This document shows positions 8,743 through 18,240 of a stretch of DNA of 64,000 bases, in pieces; position 1 is the stretch's first letter, and each line of letters starts with the position of its first letter. The notes below the pieces were generated by a model, which saw only the letters and a list, made by a program, of their open reading frames with translations, was not told the DNA's origin and ran no database searches. The DNA comes from an uncultured Alphaproteobacteria bacterium (GTDB taxonomy: Bacteria; Pseudomonadota; Alphaproteobacteria; Rhizobiales; Aestuariivirgaceae), in contig CAWFJW010000038.1 of the NCBI GenBank assembly GCA_963816305.1, positions 7,350 through 71,349 of the forward strand, in the 5' to 3' direction. The translations under genes were made by a program, and so were the position numbers.

Positions 8743-9305
8743 CCGCACCCGCGCCACAAAAACGCCGGCTGATTATCACCCTCGTGCCTGTGGTTGTTTT
8801 CGCGGGCCTCGCCGTCAGCCTCTTTTTCGGCCTGCGAGGCGATCCGCGTGAGCTGCGCTCGGTTCTCATTGGCAAACCCGCGCCGGAATTCAATCTGCCT
8901 GCCGTCAAGGGTTCAAACATTCCCGGGCTTGCATCCGCAGACTTGAAATCTGGCGGGGTCACCATCGTCAACATCTGGGCCTCCTGGTGCGGCCCATGCC
9001 GCTATGAACACCCGTTGCTGATGGAGCTTTCCAAGCGAGAGGATATCCGGCTGGTCGGCATCAACAACAAGGACGCCGCCGCGAACGCGCTCGGCTTTCT
9101 GAACACGCTCGGCCAGCCCTTTGCGGCGATAGGCGCTGATGAAAGCGGGCGCACCACCATTGACTGGGGTGGTTACGGCGTGCCGGAAACCTTCGTGATT
9201 GATGGCAACGGCATCATAAGGTTCAAATGGGTTGGCCCGCTGTCACCCGAGACTCTCGAAGGATTTTTGAGCGAGATTGAAAAAGCCAAGCAGCCGGTGC
9301 CCTGA
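8739..9305 (+). CDS. ccmG: Thiol:disulfide interchange protein CcmG/DsbE
   Basis: N-terminal TM, WASWCGPCRYEHP, YGVPETFVID. Confidence 0.93.
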   Translation: MTAPAPQKRRLIITLVPVVVFAGLAVSLFFGLRGDPRELRSVLIGKPAPEFNLPAVKGSNIPGLASADLKSGGVTIVNIWASWCGPCRYEHPLLMELSKREDIRLVGINNKDAAANALGFLNTLGQPFAAIGADESGRTTIDWGGYGVPETFVIDGNGIIRFKWVGPLSPETLEGFLSEIEKAKQPVP

Positions 9306-9806
9306 CTAGCGGCCCTTGCGCGGGCGGACTTTGCGCGCCGCTTTTTCCGGCTCTTTTTCTTCAACCCGGTCCATCTCGGCGGCGAGGCTGGACAAGGATT
9401 CCAGCACGGTCTTGCGGTCGCTGGCGGACAGCACCGCAAGCAATTGCTTGTCGACCTCCTCGGCTCCCGACTGCGCCTGTTTCAGCATTTTCTTGCCGAT
9501 GGGCGTCAGGCGAATGGCGTTGGTGCGCGCGTCGTCCTTGGTGCGGCGGCGCTGCAAAAGGCCCTGCGCCATGAGCCGTGCCACGAGATCGGCGAGGGTT
9601 GAGCGGTCAATGCCGGTCATCCTCACAAGCTCGGTCTGGCTGCGCCCGTCATGCTCGTCCGCCGCCAGCAGCACCGTGAACTGCCGGTGCGTCAGTCCGG
9701 ATTTTCCAGTCTCGCTCATGTAGAGATAAATGGAATATTGCACGGCGCGCTTCAACAGATGGGATATGGACCGCGCCAGCTGTTTCACGTCCTTGTTGCC
9801 GCTCAT
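9306..9806 (-). CDS. MarR family transcriptional regulator (LdtR-like)
   Basis: LTHRQFTVLLA...SQTELVRMTGIDRSTLADLVARL...RRRTKDDARTNAIRLT. Confidence 0.88.
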   Translation of the reverse strand: MSGNKDVKQLARSISHLLKRAVQYSIYLYMSETGKSGLTHRQFTVLLAADEHDGRSQTELVRMTGIDRSTLADLVARLMAQGLLQRRRTKDDARTNAIRLTPIGKKMLKQAQSGAEEVDKQLLAVLSASDRKTVLESLSSLAAEMDRVEEKEPEKAARKVRPRKGR

Positions 9807-10006
9807 ATGCCCCTGCTCCCGCAATGCCGGTTCAAGCACCCCGAACCTGCCGCCATAGAATCTTGTTGCCGTGTCCTGAAAGTCGGTGAGTCCTAGCGTT
9901 TCAGTTTTGTGGCGGCAAGCAAAAAGCGCGAATGCCGCCGCCGCAAAAATTTAGCTAAAATCATCCGGACACGGATTACAACCCTTGACTTACAGAAATT
10001 AGCTGT

Positions 10007-10576
10007 TCAAGCGGATGGCGCTTTGGGCGAGGAGGGGTCGTTCTCGATCATGTGTTTCGCCATGAAGGGCGCGTTTGCCAGCGCGAAGACCAGCGTGAGG
10101 CTGATGAGGCCAAACACCTTGAAATTGACCCAGGCGTCGGTTGAGACATTTCTCCAGATCACCTCATTGAGGCCAGCCACGAACAGGAAGAAGAAACCCC
10201 AGCGCCAGGTCAGCGACCGCCATGCCTCGACCGGCATGCTGACGGCCTCGCCCATTAGGGATTTCAAAAACAGTTTCCCATAAGCCAGGCCGCCAAACAG
10301 CGTGACGCCCAGCAGCACATTGATGAGCGTCACCTTGACCTTGATGAAAATATCGCTTTGCAGCCAGATTGTGAGGCCGCCAAAAATGCCGACGAAGATG
10401 GCGCTGATCAGGGGGAACTTAGCGATTTTCCGTGTCAGCATCCAGGACGCGGTGAGGGCCACAGCTGTCGCCGCCATGAATATTCCGGTGCCCCAGAATA
10501 TTCCGCCTTGGTAATTGCCAGCAAGAAAAGCAACCAGCGGTCCAAACTCAATCAGATATTTAGGCAGTGGCTTCAT
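10007..10576 (-). CDS. ispZ: Inner-membrane septation protein IspZ/YciB
   Basis: EFGPLVAF, FGGLTIWLQSDIFIKVK, W..LTWRWGFFF...LNE..WR...WVNFKVFG. Confidence 0.9.
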   Translation of the reverse strand: MKPLPKYLIEFGPLVAFLAGNYQGGIFWGTGIFMAATAVALTASWMLTRKIAKFPLISAIFVGIFGGLTIWLQSDIFIKVKVTLINVLLGVTLFGGLAYGKLFLKSLMGEAVSMPVEAWRSLTWRWGFFFLFVAGLNEVIWRNVSTDAWVNFKVFGLISLTLVFALANAPFMAKHMIENDPSSPKAPSA

Positions 10577-11979
10577 GTGTCCTGAATTCCTGAAATCGCC
10601 CTGGCGAACGCGTCCGCATCAAAGGGTTGGAGATCGTCAAGGGTTTCCCCTACACCAATGGCGTGAATGGGCAAACCAAATTTTTCGGCGATCGCGACCA
10701 GAATGCCACCCCGCGCCGTGCCGTCCAGCTTGGTCATGATGAGGCCCGTGACGCCTGCGACCTTGGTGAAGATTTCGGCCTGCGATATGGCGTTCTGTCC
10801 GGTGGTGGCATCGAGCACCAGCAACACGGCGTGGGGCGCCGCCGCATCCTGCTTTTTGATCACCCGCACGATCTTGTCCAGCTCATCCATGAGATAGGCC
10901 TTGTTCTGCAGCCGGCCCGCCGTGTCGATGAAGAGAATGTCCGTGCCGTTCTGGATGGCCGTCTGCATGGCGTCAAAGGCGAGGCCCGACGAATCAGAAC
11001 CCGTTGGCCTTGAAATCGTCGTGGCCCCAATCCGCTGGCCCCAGATCGTCAACTGCTCGATGGCCGCCGCGCGGAACGTGTCGCAAGCGGCGAACATCAC
11101 CTTGAAACCCTCGCGCGTCGCAATGGAGCCAAGCTTGCCGATGGTTGTGGTCTTGCCCGCCCCATTCACCCCCACGACCAAAATAACAAATGGCTTCTCG
11201 CTGCCAAAATTGAACGGCGCCTCGACAGGCTTCAGAACCTTGGCCACTTCCTCAGCCAGAATGCGCTTCACTTCCTCCGGCTCGATTTCCTTGTCATAGC
11301 GCCCCGCCGACACCGCCTTGATGATGCGCTCGGATACGGTGATCCCGAGGTCAGCCTGGATCAGCACATCTTCCAGTTCGGCAAGCGTCGTCGCATCAAG
11401 CCGGCGCTTGGTGAAAATCGACGTGATTGACGAGGTGATGGTTTTCGATGACTTTGAAAGCCCCAAGGTGAGCCGCGACAGCCAACCCCGGCGTTCAGGC
11501 GGTTCCGGAGCAACCGGCTCCACAACGGGGGGCGGAGCTACGGGCTCTGGCAATGCCTGAATGGCGGTAGGCGCGACGGCGACGACCGAAACAACTGGCT
11601 CTTCGGCTTTGATCTCTTTTGGAACAGCAACAGCCTTTTTGGTGGCCTGCTTCCTGGTTTCCGGTTTTTTCGGTTCGGGTTTTTTCGGCGCAGGTTTTTT
11701 GGCTTCAACCCGCTTGGGCTCCGGTTTTGCCTTGGCTTTCGGCTCAGGCCTCTTCGCGTCCGGCTTCTTGGGCTCCGGTTTCTTGGGTTCAGGCTTCTTC
11801 GCAGGCGATTTCTTCGCCTCCACTTTGGGTGGCGCGGCCTTGGGTTTTTCCACCACCTCCACTTCGGCGACTATGGGTTTTGGCGCTTCTATCTGGAGCG
11901 CCGCAACTTCAGCAGGCGGCGGAGTTTCAGCGCCTTTTCCGGTGATGCGGTTGAAAAGTTTTTTGAAAAACCCGCTCAT
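10573..11979 (-). CDS. ftsY: SRP receptor FtsY
   Basis: GVNGAGKTTTIGKL, DTFRAAA, DTAGRLQN, TKLDGTARGG. Confidence 0.96.
   Translation of the reverse strand: MSGFFKKLFNRITGKGAETPPPAEVAALQIEAPKPIVAEVEVVEKPKAAPPKVEAKKSPAKKPEPKKPEPKKPDAKRPEPKAKAKPEPKRVEAKKPAPKKPEPKKPETRKQATKKAVAVPKEIKAEEPVVSVVAVAPTAIQALPEPVAPPPVVEPVAPEPPERRGWLSRLTLGLSKSSKTITSSITSIFTKRRLDATTLAELEDVLIQADLGITVSERIIKAVSAGRYDKEIEPEEVKRILAEEVAKVLKPVEAPFNFGSEKPFVILVVGVNGAGKTTTIGKLGSIATREGFKVMFAACDTFRAAAIEQLTIWGQRIGATTISRPTGSDSSGLAFDAMQTAIQNGTDILFIDTAGRLQNKAYLMDELDKIVRVIKKQDAAAPHAVLLVLDATTGQNAISQAEIFTKVAGVTGLIMTKLDGTARGGILVAIAEKFGLPIHAIGVGETLDDLQPFDADAFARAISGIQDT
11640..11830 (-). repeat. Degenerate 15-nt tandem repeats encoding KKPEP-type units in the FtsY N-terminal domain
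   Basis: KKSPAKKPEPKKPEPKKPDAKRPEPK...KKPAPKKPEPKKPETRK. Confidence 0.8.
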
Positions 11980-13223
11980 GCCGAAAGCCTGGCCTCGAGG
12001 TGGGCTTTCTGAGCGCCCGTCACATGCGCCGTCACAATGGCGCCCGGCGTCAGGCTCTGCTCAAATCGCACCTGGGCGAACTGTTCGTTGCGGCCGGAAT
12101 TTTCCGTCTCGATCAGCACACGCTGCGTGGCGCCGACTGAGCCGCGCAAGAATCTTGCAAGCTGCGCCTCGCCCTTGGAGCGCAGCCGCTGGGCCCGTTC
12201 TTTGATGACAGCCTTGTCCACCTGCGGCATGCGCGCCGCCGGTGTTTCAGGCCGGGGTGAAAACGGAAACACGTGGCAATAGGTGAGATCGCAATCCTCC
12301 ACGATCTTGAGCGAATTCTCGAACATCTCGTCCGTTTCGGTCGGAAAGCCTGCGATGATGTCTGCGCCAAAAACCATGTCAGGGCGGCGCGATTTGAGGT
12401 CCCGGCAAAATGCGATGGAATCTTCCCGTGCATGCCGACGCTTCATCCGCTTCAGGATCATGTTGTCGCCCGATTGCAGCGAGAGATGAACATGCGGCAT
12501 CAACCGTTGCTCGCCCGCCATCACATCCATCAGCTCAGGATCAGTTTCGATGGAGTCGATGGAGGAAAGCCGAAGCCGCTTGAGATCGGGAACCTGGCTC
12601 AAAATCCGCGAAACCAAAGCGCCCAGTTTGGGAGCGCCTGCGAGATCAGCGCCCCACGAGGTGATATCAACGCCCGACAGCACGACTTCCGCATAGCCGT
12701 TGGCCACCAGCCTGCGCACTTGCTCCACCGCTTCCGGTATTCCCACCGAGCGCGAATTGCCGCGCCCGAACGGAATGATGCAAAACGTGCAGCGATGATC
12801 GCAGCCGTTTTGCACCTGCACGAAAGCCCGTGTGCGCTCGGTCAGGCCCTCAATCATGTGCAGATGATTTTTGCGGGGGCTCATGATCTCGCTCACCCGA
12901 ACGCGATCATTGGCTCCCGGCTCCCAGGATTGCGGCTGCAATTTTTCCTCATTGCCGAGAACCATGGAAACTTCCGGCATTTCGGCAAACATCTCGGGCG
13001 TGGTCTGCGCCGCACAGCCCGTGACAATGATCTTCGCATCGGGCCTTTCCTTGCGCACCTTGCGAATGGCTTGGCGCGCCTGCCGCGTGGCCTCAGCGGT
13101 CACCGCGCAGGTATTGAAGACGATTGAGTTAGCGACACCGGCATTCGCCGCGTGGGTGCGCATCACTTCTGATTCGTAAGTGTTGAGCCTGCATCCGAAG
13201 GTGATGAATTCCGTTTCACTCAT
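11976..13223 (-). CDS. mtaB: tRNA t6A37 methylthiotransferase MtaB
   Basis: TFGCRLNTYES, NTCAVTAEA, radical-SAM CDHRCTFC, C-terminal TRAM-like region. dapF-mtaB-ftsY synteny. Confidence 0.93.
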   Translation of the reverse strand: MSETEFITFGCRLNTYESEVMRTHAANAGVANSIVFNTCAVTAEATRQARQAIRKVRKERPDAKIIVTGCAAQTTPEMFAEMPEVSMVLGNEEKLQPQSWEPGANDRVRVSEIMSPRKNHLHMIEGLTERTRAFVQVQNGCDHRCTFCIIPFGRGNSRSVGIPEAVEQVRRLVANGYAEVVLSGVDITSWGADLAGAPKLGALVSRILSQVPDLKRLRLSSIDSIETDPELMDVMAGEQRLMPHVHLSLQSGDNMILKRMKRRHAREDSIAFCRDLKSRRPDMVFGADIIAGFPTETDEMFENSLKIVEDCDLTYCHVFPFSPRPETPAARMPQVDKAVIKERAQRLRSKGEAQLARFLRGSVGATQRVLIETENSGRNEQFAQVRFEQSLTPGAIVTAHVTGAQKAHLEARLSA

Positions 13224-14077
13224 GGGGAAAGTTCCGGCGGCAGCACGCCATCGAATTCATAGGCCACCGGCCCGGTCATCAGAATGTGGTCATCGCTCGC
13301 CCGCCATTCCATGAAGAGATCGCCGCCCGGCAGCGTGACGCGGGCCTTGCGGTCAATGAAACCGATCCGGGCGCCCGCTGCCATCACGGCGCAGGCCGCC
13401 GTGCCGCAGGCGAGTGTCAGGCCAGCGCTCCGCTCCCAGACCTTGATCGTCACATGATCGCGCGCGTCAACCCGCGCCAGCGTGATATTGGCGGCTTGCG
13501 GGAACAGCCGGTGGTGTTCCAGCATCGGGCCAATCCTGGCAAGATCGATCACATCAAGGTTCTGCACCCAGAAAATGCAATGGGGGTTGCCCACATTCAC
13601 AACCGACGGCGTGTGAATGAGCGGCGCGTCAATCGGGCCAACCTGCAGCTCAATCCGCCGCGTGTCGGCGAATTCCTCCGCCAGCGGAATATCCTGCCAG
13701 CCGAATTTCGGCACGCCATTGTCGACAGTCACCAATTTGTCGCCGGCCTTGCGCGCCAGCAGAAATCCGCCCAGCGTGTCGATGGTGGCGGCATTCGTCT
13801 GCTTTTCATCAAAGATGAGGTCGGCCACGCAGCGTGTGCCGTTGCCGCAGGATTCAACCTCGCCGCCGCCATTGTTCCAGATCCGCATTTTGACGTCAGC
13901 CACATCGGATTTTTCCAGCACAAGAATCTGGTCGCAACCAATGCCGGTCTTGCGGTCGGCGATGGCCCGCGCCCGCGTTTCATCCATGGCAAAGGCGCGC
14001 GTTCGCCGGTCCAGCACGACAAAATCATTGCCGAGCCCGTTCATCTTGCGAAAGGGAATGCTGCCAGTTGCGGTCAT
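13220..14077 (-). CDS. dapF: Diaminopimelate epimerase
   Basis: KMNGLGNDF, ESCGNGTRC, VGNPHC, ERSAGLTLACGTAACA. Confidence 0.95.
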   Translation of the reverse strand: MTATGSIPFRKMNGLGNDFVVLDRRTRAFAMDETRARAIADRKTGIGCDQILVLEKSDVADVKMRIWNNGGGEVESCGNGTRCVADLIFDEKQTNAATIDTLGGFLLARKAGDKLVTVDNGVPKFGWQDIPLAEEFADTRRIELQVGPIDAPLIHTPSVVNVGNPHCIFWVQNLDVIDLARIGPMLEHHRLFPQAANITLARVDARDHVTIKVWERSAGLTLACGTAACAVMAAGARIGFIDRKARVTLPGGDLFMEWRASDDHILMTGPVAYEFDGVLPPELSP

Positions 14078-14180
14078 GCGCGCCTTATATGGGAAATCGC
14101 CCCTCAAAAGCTAGGGCGGAGCGCCGGTTCACAAGCCAACACTAAAGATATTGCTTGACTATTGATCCAGATTCCCATTG

Positions 14181-14198
14181 GTTAAGCGAATGCTTGAC
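14181..14198. promoter_or_regulatory. Putative ArsR autoregulatory operator overlapping the start codon
   Basis: Imperfect inverted repeat GTTAAGC-gaat-GCTTGAC spanning the ATG at 14190. TTGACT at 14155 is a plausible -35. Confidence 0.5.
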
Positions 14199-14535
14199 CA
14201 TTCAACCGGCCTCGGCGACATTTTCCAGGCCCTGGCCGATCCCACAAGGCGCGCCATTTTCGAGCAATTGGGAACTGGCCCGAAGGTCCGTAAGCGAGAT
14301 CGCGCTTCCCCTCGACATGACGCTCGCCGCCGTTGTCCAGCATGTGCAAGTCCTGGAGAATTGCCAGCTCATCACCACGCAAAAACAGGGCCGCGTGCGC
14401 ACCTGCCGGATCAGGCCTGAAACCCTCAAGACCCTTGAGGGTTGGCTGAACCAGCGCCGCCGCCAGTGGGATCAGCATTTTGATCGCCTCGCGGCCGTAC
14501 TCGACGAACCGGCGCTGAAAAGGAAAAAGCCATGA
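14190..14535 (+). pseudogene. ArsR/SmtB family regulator, +1 frameshift at ~14286 (possibly a sequence error)
   Basis: MLDH...IFQALADPTRRAIFEQLGTGPK joins SVSEIALPLDMTLAAVVQHVQVLE...KQGRVRTC if one G of AAGG is removed. Confidence 0.8.
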
Positions 14536-14996
14536 CGACCACTTCACCCACTTCCGGATCCTTCACCATCAACCGCAATTTCAATCATCCGGTGGAAAGG
14601 GTTTTCAGGGCCTTCAGCGATCCGGCGACCAAGACCAAATGGTTCACCGGCCCCATGGGTGGCGAGACGCTGGAACGGGTGATCGAGGTCAAGACCGGGG
14701 GCTCGGAAGTTCTCAGGTTCAAACATCCCTCCGGCATGATCACCCATTTCATTGCGAAATATCATGCCGTGGAGAAAGGCAAGCGGATCGTCTATTCCTA
14801 TGACCTGATGATCGACGGCAAGCACCACTCCACCTCTTTGGTCGTGGTCGAATTTATGCCGGCCGGCGAAAACACCGCCATGATCTTCACCGAGCATGTC
14901 GCCTGGCATGACGGCACCGAACTTTCCAAGGGCCTCGCCTCCCGCGAAAACGGCACGCGCTGGCAGTTCGACAGGGTGGCGGAGGTGCTGGCATGA
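14532..14996 (+). CDS. SRPBCC/AHSA1 domain protein
   Basis: FTINRNFNHPVERVFRAFSDP..K.KWF...RIVYSYD. Usual ArsR-SRPBCC pairing. Confidence 0.85.
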   Translation: MTTTSPTSGSFTINRNFNHPVERVFRAFSDPATKTKWFTGPMGGETLERVIEVKTGGSEVLRFKHPSGMITHFIAKYHAVEKGKRIVYSYDLMIDGKHHSTSLVVVEFMPAGENTAMIFTEHVAWHDGTELSKGLASRENGTRWQFDRVAEVLA

Positions 14997-15349
14997 CGGC
15001 TGCGAACAAGGAAATCATACGACAGATCAATCGGGGTTTTGAGGCGGATGACGTGGAAGCCATTCTCTCCTGCCTGGCAGACGACGTCCGCTGGGATGTG
15101 GCCGGCCACTTCACCGCCATCGGCAAGGAAGAGTTCCGCAAGCAAATACACAATGAAGCCTTTGTCGGCGCGCCGAAGATAACCATCGTCAACGAGATCG
15201 CCGAGGGCGATTACATAGCCGTTGAGGGCCGCGTTGAATCAAGACTGAAGACCGGCGTTCTGTTCAAGGCGGTGTTCCATAACACCTACCGGCTGCAAAA
15301 TCACAAGGTAAAGGCAATGACTTCCTATGTGGTTCCAATAGCGCAATGA
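14993..15349 (+). CDS. SnoaL-like/NTF2 family protein
   Basis: NKEIIR....F...DVEAILSCLADDVRW...IAEGDYIAVEG. Confidence 0.8.
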   Translation: MTAANKEIIRQINRGFEADDVEAILSCLADDVRWDVAGHFTAIGKEEFRKQIHNEAFVGAPKITIVNEIAEGDYIAVEGRVESRLKTGVLFKAVFHNTYRLQNHKVKAMTSYVVPIAQ

Positions 15350-15405
15350 TGGCAGCGCGATTTTTGCGCTAGCCGAAGCCCCATGGGCCATGCTCAACAG
15401 TGTCC

Positions 15406-16632
15406 ATGACCACGAAGTCCCGCATTAATCCCTGGATCGTCGTGTGGCTGTGCTTTGCCACGCTGTCCATCGTCATGTCGGCCCGCCAGTCCGTGTCGAT
15501 TATGACCGACGAGTGGGCCAACACGCTGGGCTGGTCCAAAACCTTTATCGGCTCCGGTCAGTCCGTGGCCTTTGTGGTCATGGCGATATTCTCGCCCATC
15601 GCTGGCAACCTGGCGGACCGTTTTGGGGCCCGCGCCATGTTAACGGCGGGGCTCCTCGTCGTGGCCGCAGGTTTTCTGACCTTTGCGGCGCTGCCCATGG
15701 CTGGCATTTATATCCTCGCCTATGGCCTTTTGGGCGGCATCGGCTTTGCCACCGCCAACATGCATCTGGTTTCAACGGCACTTGCCAAACTCTTCAAGGA
15801 AAATCAGGGGCTGGCCACCGGCATTGCAAATTCCGGTGCCACCGCAGGCCAATTCATCACCGTGCCGCTGCTCACCATCGGCCTCACATGGTTTTCATGG
15901 CGCTGGAGCATGGTGGCCGTGGGCCTCTCCTGCCTCGTCATGGCCGGGGTCATTTGGACAATGCTGAGACCCACGCAGGAAGAGGCCGCGCAAAAATCCG
16001 AAACCATTTCAGAGGAACCCCTGTGGACCAGGCTCAAATTCCTTCTCAGAAATCCCACCTTCCATATTCTCTATTGGAGCTTCTTTATTTGCGGCGTCAC
16101 CACAACAGGCGCCATTGAGACCCACTTCCTGCCCTACGCCGCCTTCTGCGGCTTCCCGCCCGTGCCGGCCTCAGGGATTTATGGCCTCACCGCCGCCATC
16201 AACTTCGCCGCCATGTTCGCCTCAGGCTATCTGACCGACCGCCTGAACCGCCCGCTGTTGCTCGGTTCCATCTATCTCGTGCGCTCGCTCTCCTTCATCG
16301 TGCTGATGAATGTGGGTACGTCCTACGAAATGATGATCCTGTTTGCGGTGGTCTACGGCATCTTCGACTATTCCACCGTGCCGCCCACCGCCAGCCTCGT
16401 CGCTTCGCACCTCGGATTGAAGATCATGGGCCTCGCCATGGGCCTCATATCAGGCGGCCACGCCCTGGGCGGTGCGCTGGGCGCCTTCCTCGGCGGCTAT
16501 CTCTTCGACCTCTTCGCCCGCTACGCCGAAATGTGGTGGTTCGCCTTTGGCACGGCGATTCTTGCAGGCCTGATGGTCTTCATGCTGCGGGAGAACAGGT
16601 CCGAGCGCGGGGTTATGGTCGGAGCGCATTAA
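15406..16632 (+). CDS. MFS transporter
   Basis: About 12 hydrophobic segments, motif A GNLADRFGAR, second-half GYLTDRLNR. Confidence 0.9.
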   Translation: MTTKSRINPWIVVWLCFATLSIVMSARQSVSIMTDEWANTLGWSKTFIGSGQSVAFVVMAIFSPIAGNLADRFGARAMLTAGLLVVAAGFLTFAALPMAGIYILAYGLLGGIGFATANMHLVSTALAKLFKENQGLATGIANSGATAGQFITVPLLTIGLTWFSWRWSMVAVGLSCLVMAGVIWTMLRPTQEEAAQKSETISEEPLWTRLKFLLRNPTFHILYWSFFICGVTTTGAIETHFLPYAAFCGFPPVPASGIYGLTAAINFAAMFASGYLTDRLNRPLLLGSIYLVRSLSFIVLMNVGTSYEMMILFAVVYGIFDYSTVPPTASLVASHLGLKIMGLAMGLISGGHALGGALGAFLGGYLFDLFARYAEMWWFAFGTAILAGLMVFMLRENRSERGVMVGAH

Positions 16633-16682
16633 GCAGGCAAGAACAAGCTATCCAGGCTCTACAATTATGCGTTAGGTACTTC

Positions 16683-17693
16683 ATGATTCCAATTCCATAT
16701 GATGCATTAAATCGCTTTTGGATTGATGTTTCCGAATCAAATCCCAAGTTGGTCGAAATGCTTCGACCAACTCTTCTCGCTTTTATGACCACCAACAAGT
16801 CAAATACGTTTGAAATCGCTGGAAGCGGGTTCATCATTGCCATCGCGAACAAATTTGCTTTTGCTTTGACTGCTAAACATGTGCTTGTCGATGGAATAAA
16901 GAGAATACAAACACCGATGCCAATACACGCTGCTTCTTCATTGTTTGTATCAAGCAAAGCCAAATTACCAAACTTTAATCACGGTAAAGTAAAAGCACTT
17001 TACATGAACTCACAAACTGCCGATCTATTGCAAGTAATTGACGCAAATTTTAACGACAGTTTAGATATCGCACTCTGTATAGTAACGACAAAAGAAACCA
17101 CTGAAAGAAAAATTGAACCAGTAGCAATCCCCATTCAGCCAATTAAGCCCAAAGTTGGTGAAGTCGTACACATGGTGTCTCTCGCCGGTCTCAGGGTGGA
17201 AGAAATTACTCCGCCAGGGGATGAAACGGGAAAAGGTCAACATTTTACTTTAGCACGCAGTGTCAACATTCGTATCGGCACGGTAACTGCTTATTATCCT
17301 GAGGGTGATCGCCAATATAAATGGCCCTGTTTTACAACTTCAATTCCCGCAGAGCCTGGTATGAGTGGTGGTTTCGTGTACATTCCAAAAGATGGAGCGG
17401 CAATTGCAGCGTGTGGCGTAGTTTGTGCTGACAGATCTGACACTGATGCGCAGCATAACTGCTACAAGAGCGGCGAGTCCGTAATAGGATGCACTTGGCC
17501 TGCTCTGGCACTTCGCGCGCCAACACTCTTACCGCGTCCTTCCGGAAAGATTGATTTGACATTGCACGAATTGATTAGGCAGGGCATCTGGCCCATGCCT
17601 CCGTCAGGTATTGATCATATTGATCTAGTTGACAATCTTATCGAAAACGGCGTTGACCACGTCGGTATCCGCCTTATGGACCCCCAAATTTGA
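16683..17693 (+). CDS. Trypsin-like serine peptidase domain protein (AT-rich, probably acquired)
   Basis: AGSGFII...LTAKHVL (His), DIALCIV (Asp), PGMSGGFV (Ser). No signal peptide seen. Sharp drop in GC content. Start assigned to ATG 16683. Confidence 0.72.
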   Translation: MIPIPYDALNRFWIDVSESNPKLVEMLRPTLLAFMTTNKSNTFEIAGSGFIIAIANKFAFALTAKHVLVDGIKRIQTPMPIHAASSLFVSSKAKLPNFNHGKVKALYMNSQTADLLQVIDANFNDSLDIALCIVTTKETTERKIEPVAIPIQPIKPKVGEVVHMVSLAGLRVEEITPPGDETGKGQHFTLARSVNIRIGTVTAYYPEGDRQYKWPCFTTSIPAEPGMSGGFVYIPKDGAAIAACGVVCADRSDTDAQHNCYKSGESVIGCTWPALALRAPTLLPRPSGKIDLTLHELIRQGIWPMPPSGIDHIDLVDNLIENGVDHVGIRLMDPQI

Positions 17694-17811
17694 CTCCTCC
17701 CCCCGTTTCCCCCCTGTCGCCCTCATCCTCAGACGCAGTTCAAACGTCTCGCGGCTCTCTTGTACATGGGGGGTTATTTCCCGGGAGGTGAGAAAGCCAA
17801 CCTCACCCACA

Positions 17812-18240
17812 TTACAAATGCTCCCGCTCCAAATCCTCGCAGGATCGCCCGGCGTCGGACAGGGCATCTTCGAGAAATTCCGACAGCAGCGGCATGCCGA
17901 GCAGGTATTCCGCCGTGCGGTCATTATGGGCTGCGGCCGCCTCGTCGCGCGCCGTCGCCCATTCGCTCATCTCGTAATCGCCGCGCCCGACCCAGGCCAG
18001 GGCCACAAGGTCAACCTGCTGGTCCACATCCAGGGCGTCGATGAATTGCTTGATCTCCGCAAACACCGGATCATTACGCCGCGCCTCAAGCACCGCCACC
18101 ATCTTGTCGTCGGAGGCATTGGAGCCGGACTCAAGCCCGGAGGCGGCTTCGGTGACCTCGAATTCGCGCGCCTTGATGATGATGAAGCACACCTGGTCGG
18201 TTGAAATCGAGAGATCAATTTCCACCACGGGCTTCTTCAT
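17812..18240 (-). CDS. DUF3775 domain protein
   Basis: VCFIIIKAREF...QVDLVALAWVGRGDY...W..A...A....TAEYLLGMPLLSEFLE. Confidence 0.8.
   Translation of the reverse strand: MKKPVVEIDLSISTDQVCFIIIKAREFEVTEAASGLESGSNASDDKMVAVLEARRNDPVFAEIKQFIDALDVDQQVDLVALAWVGRGDYEMSEWATARDEAAAAHNDRTAEYLLGMPLLSEFLEDALSDAGRSCEDLEREHL

Noticed and set aside
16533-16682. Extended start of the trypsin-like ORF overlapping the MFS gene
   Set aside because: The upstream part is MFS coding sequence in another frame. ATG 16683 is more plausible.
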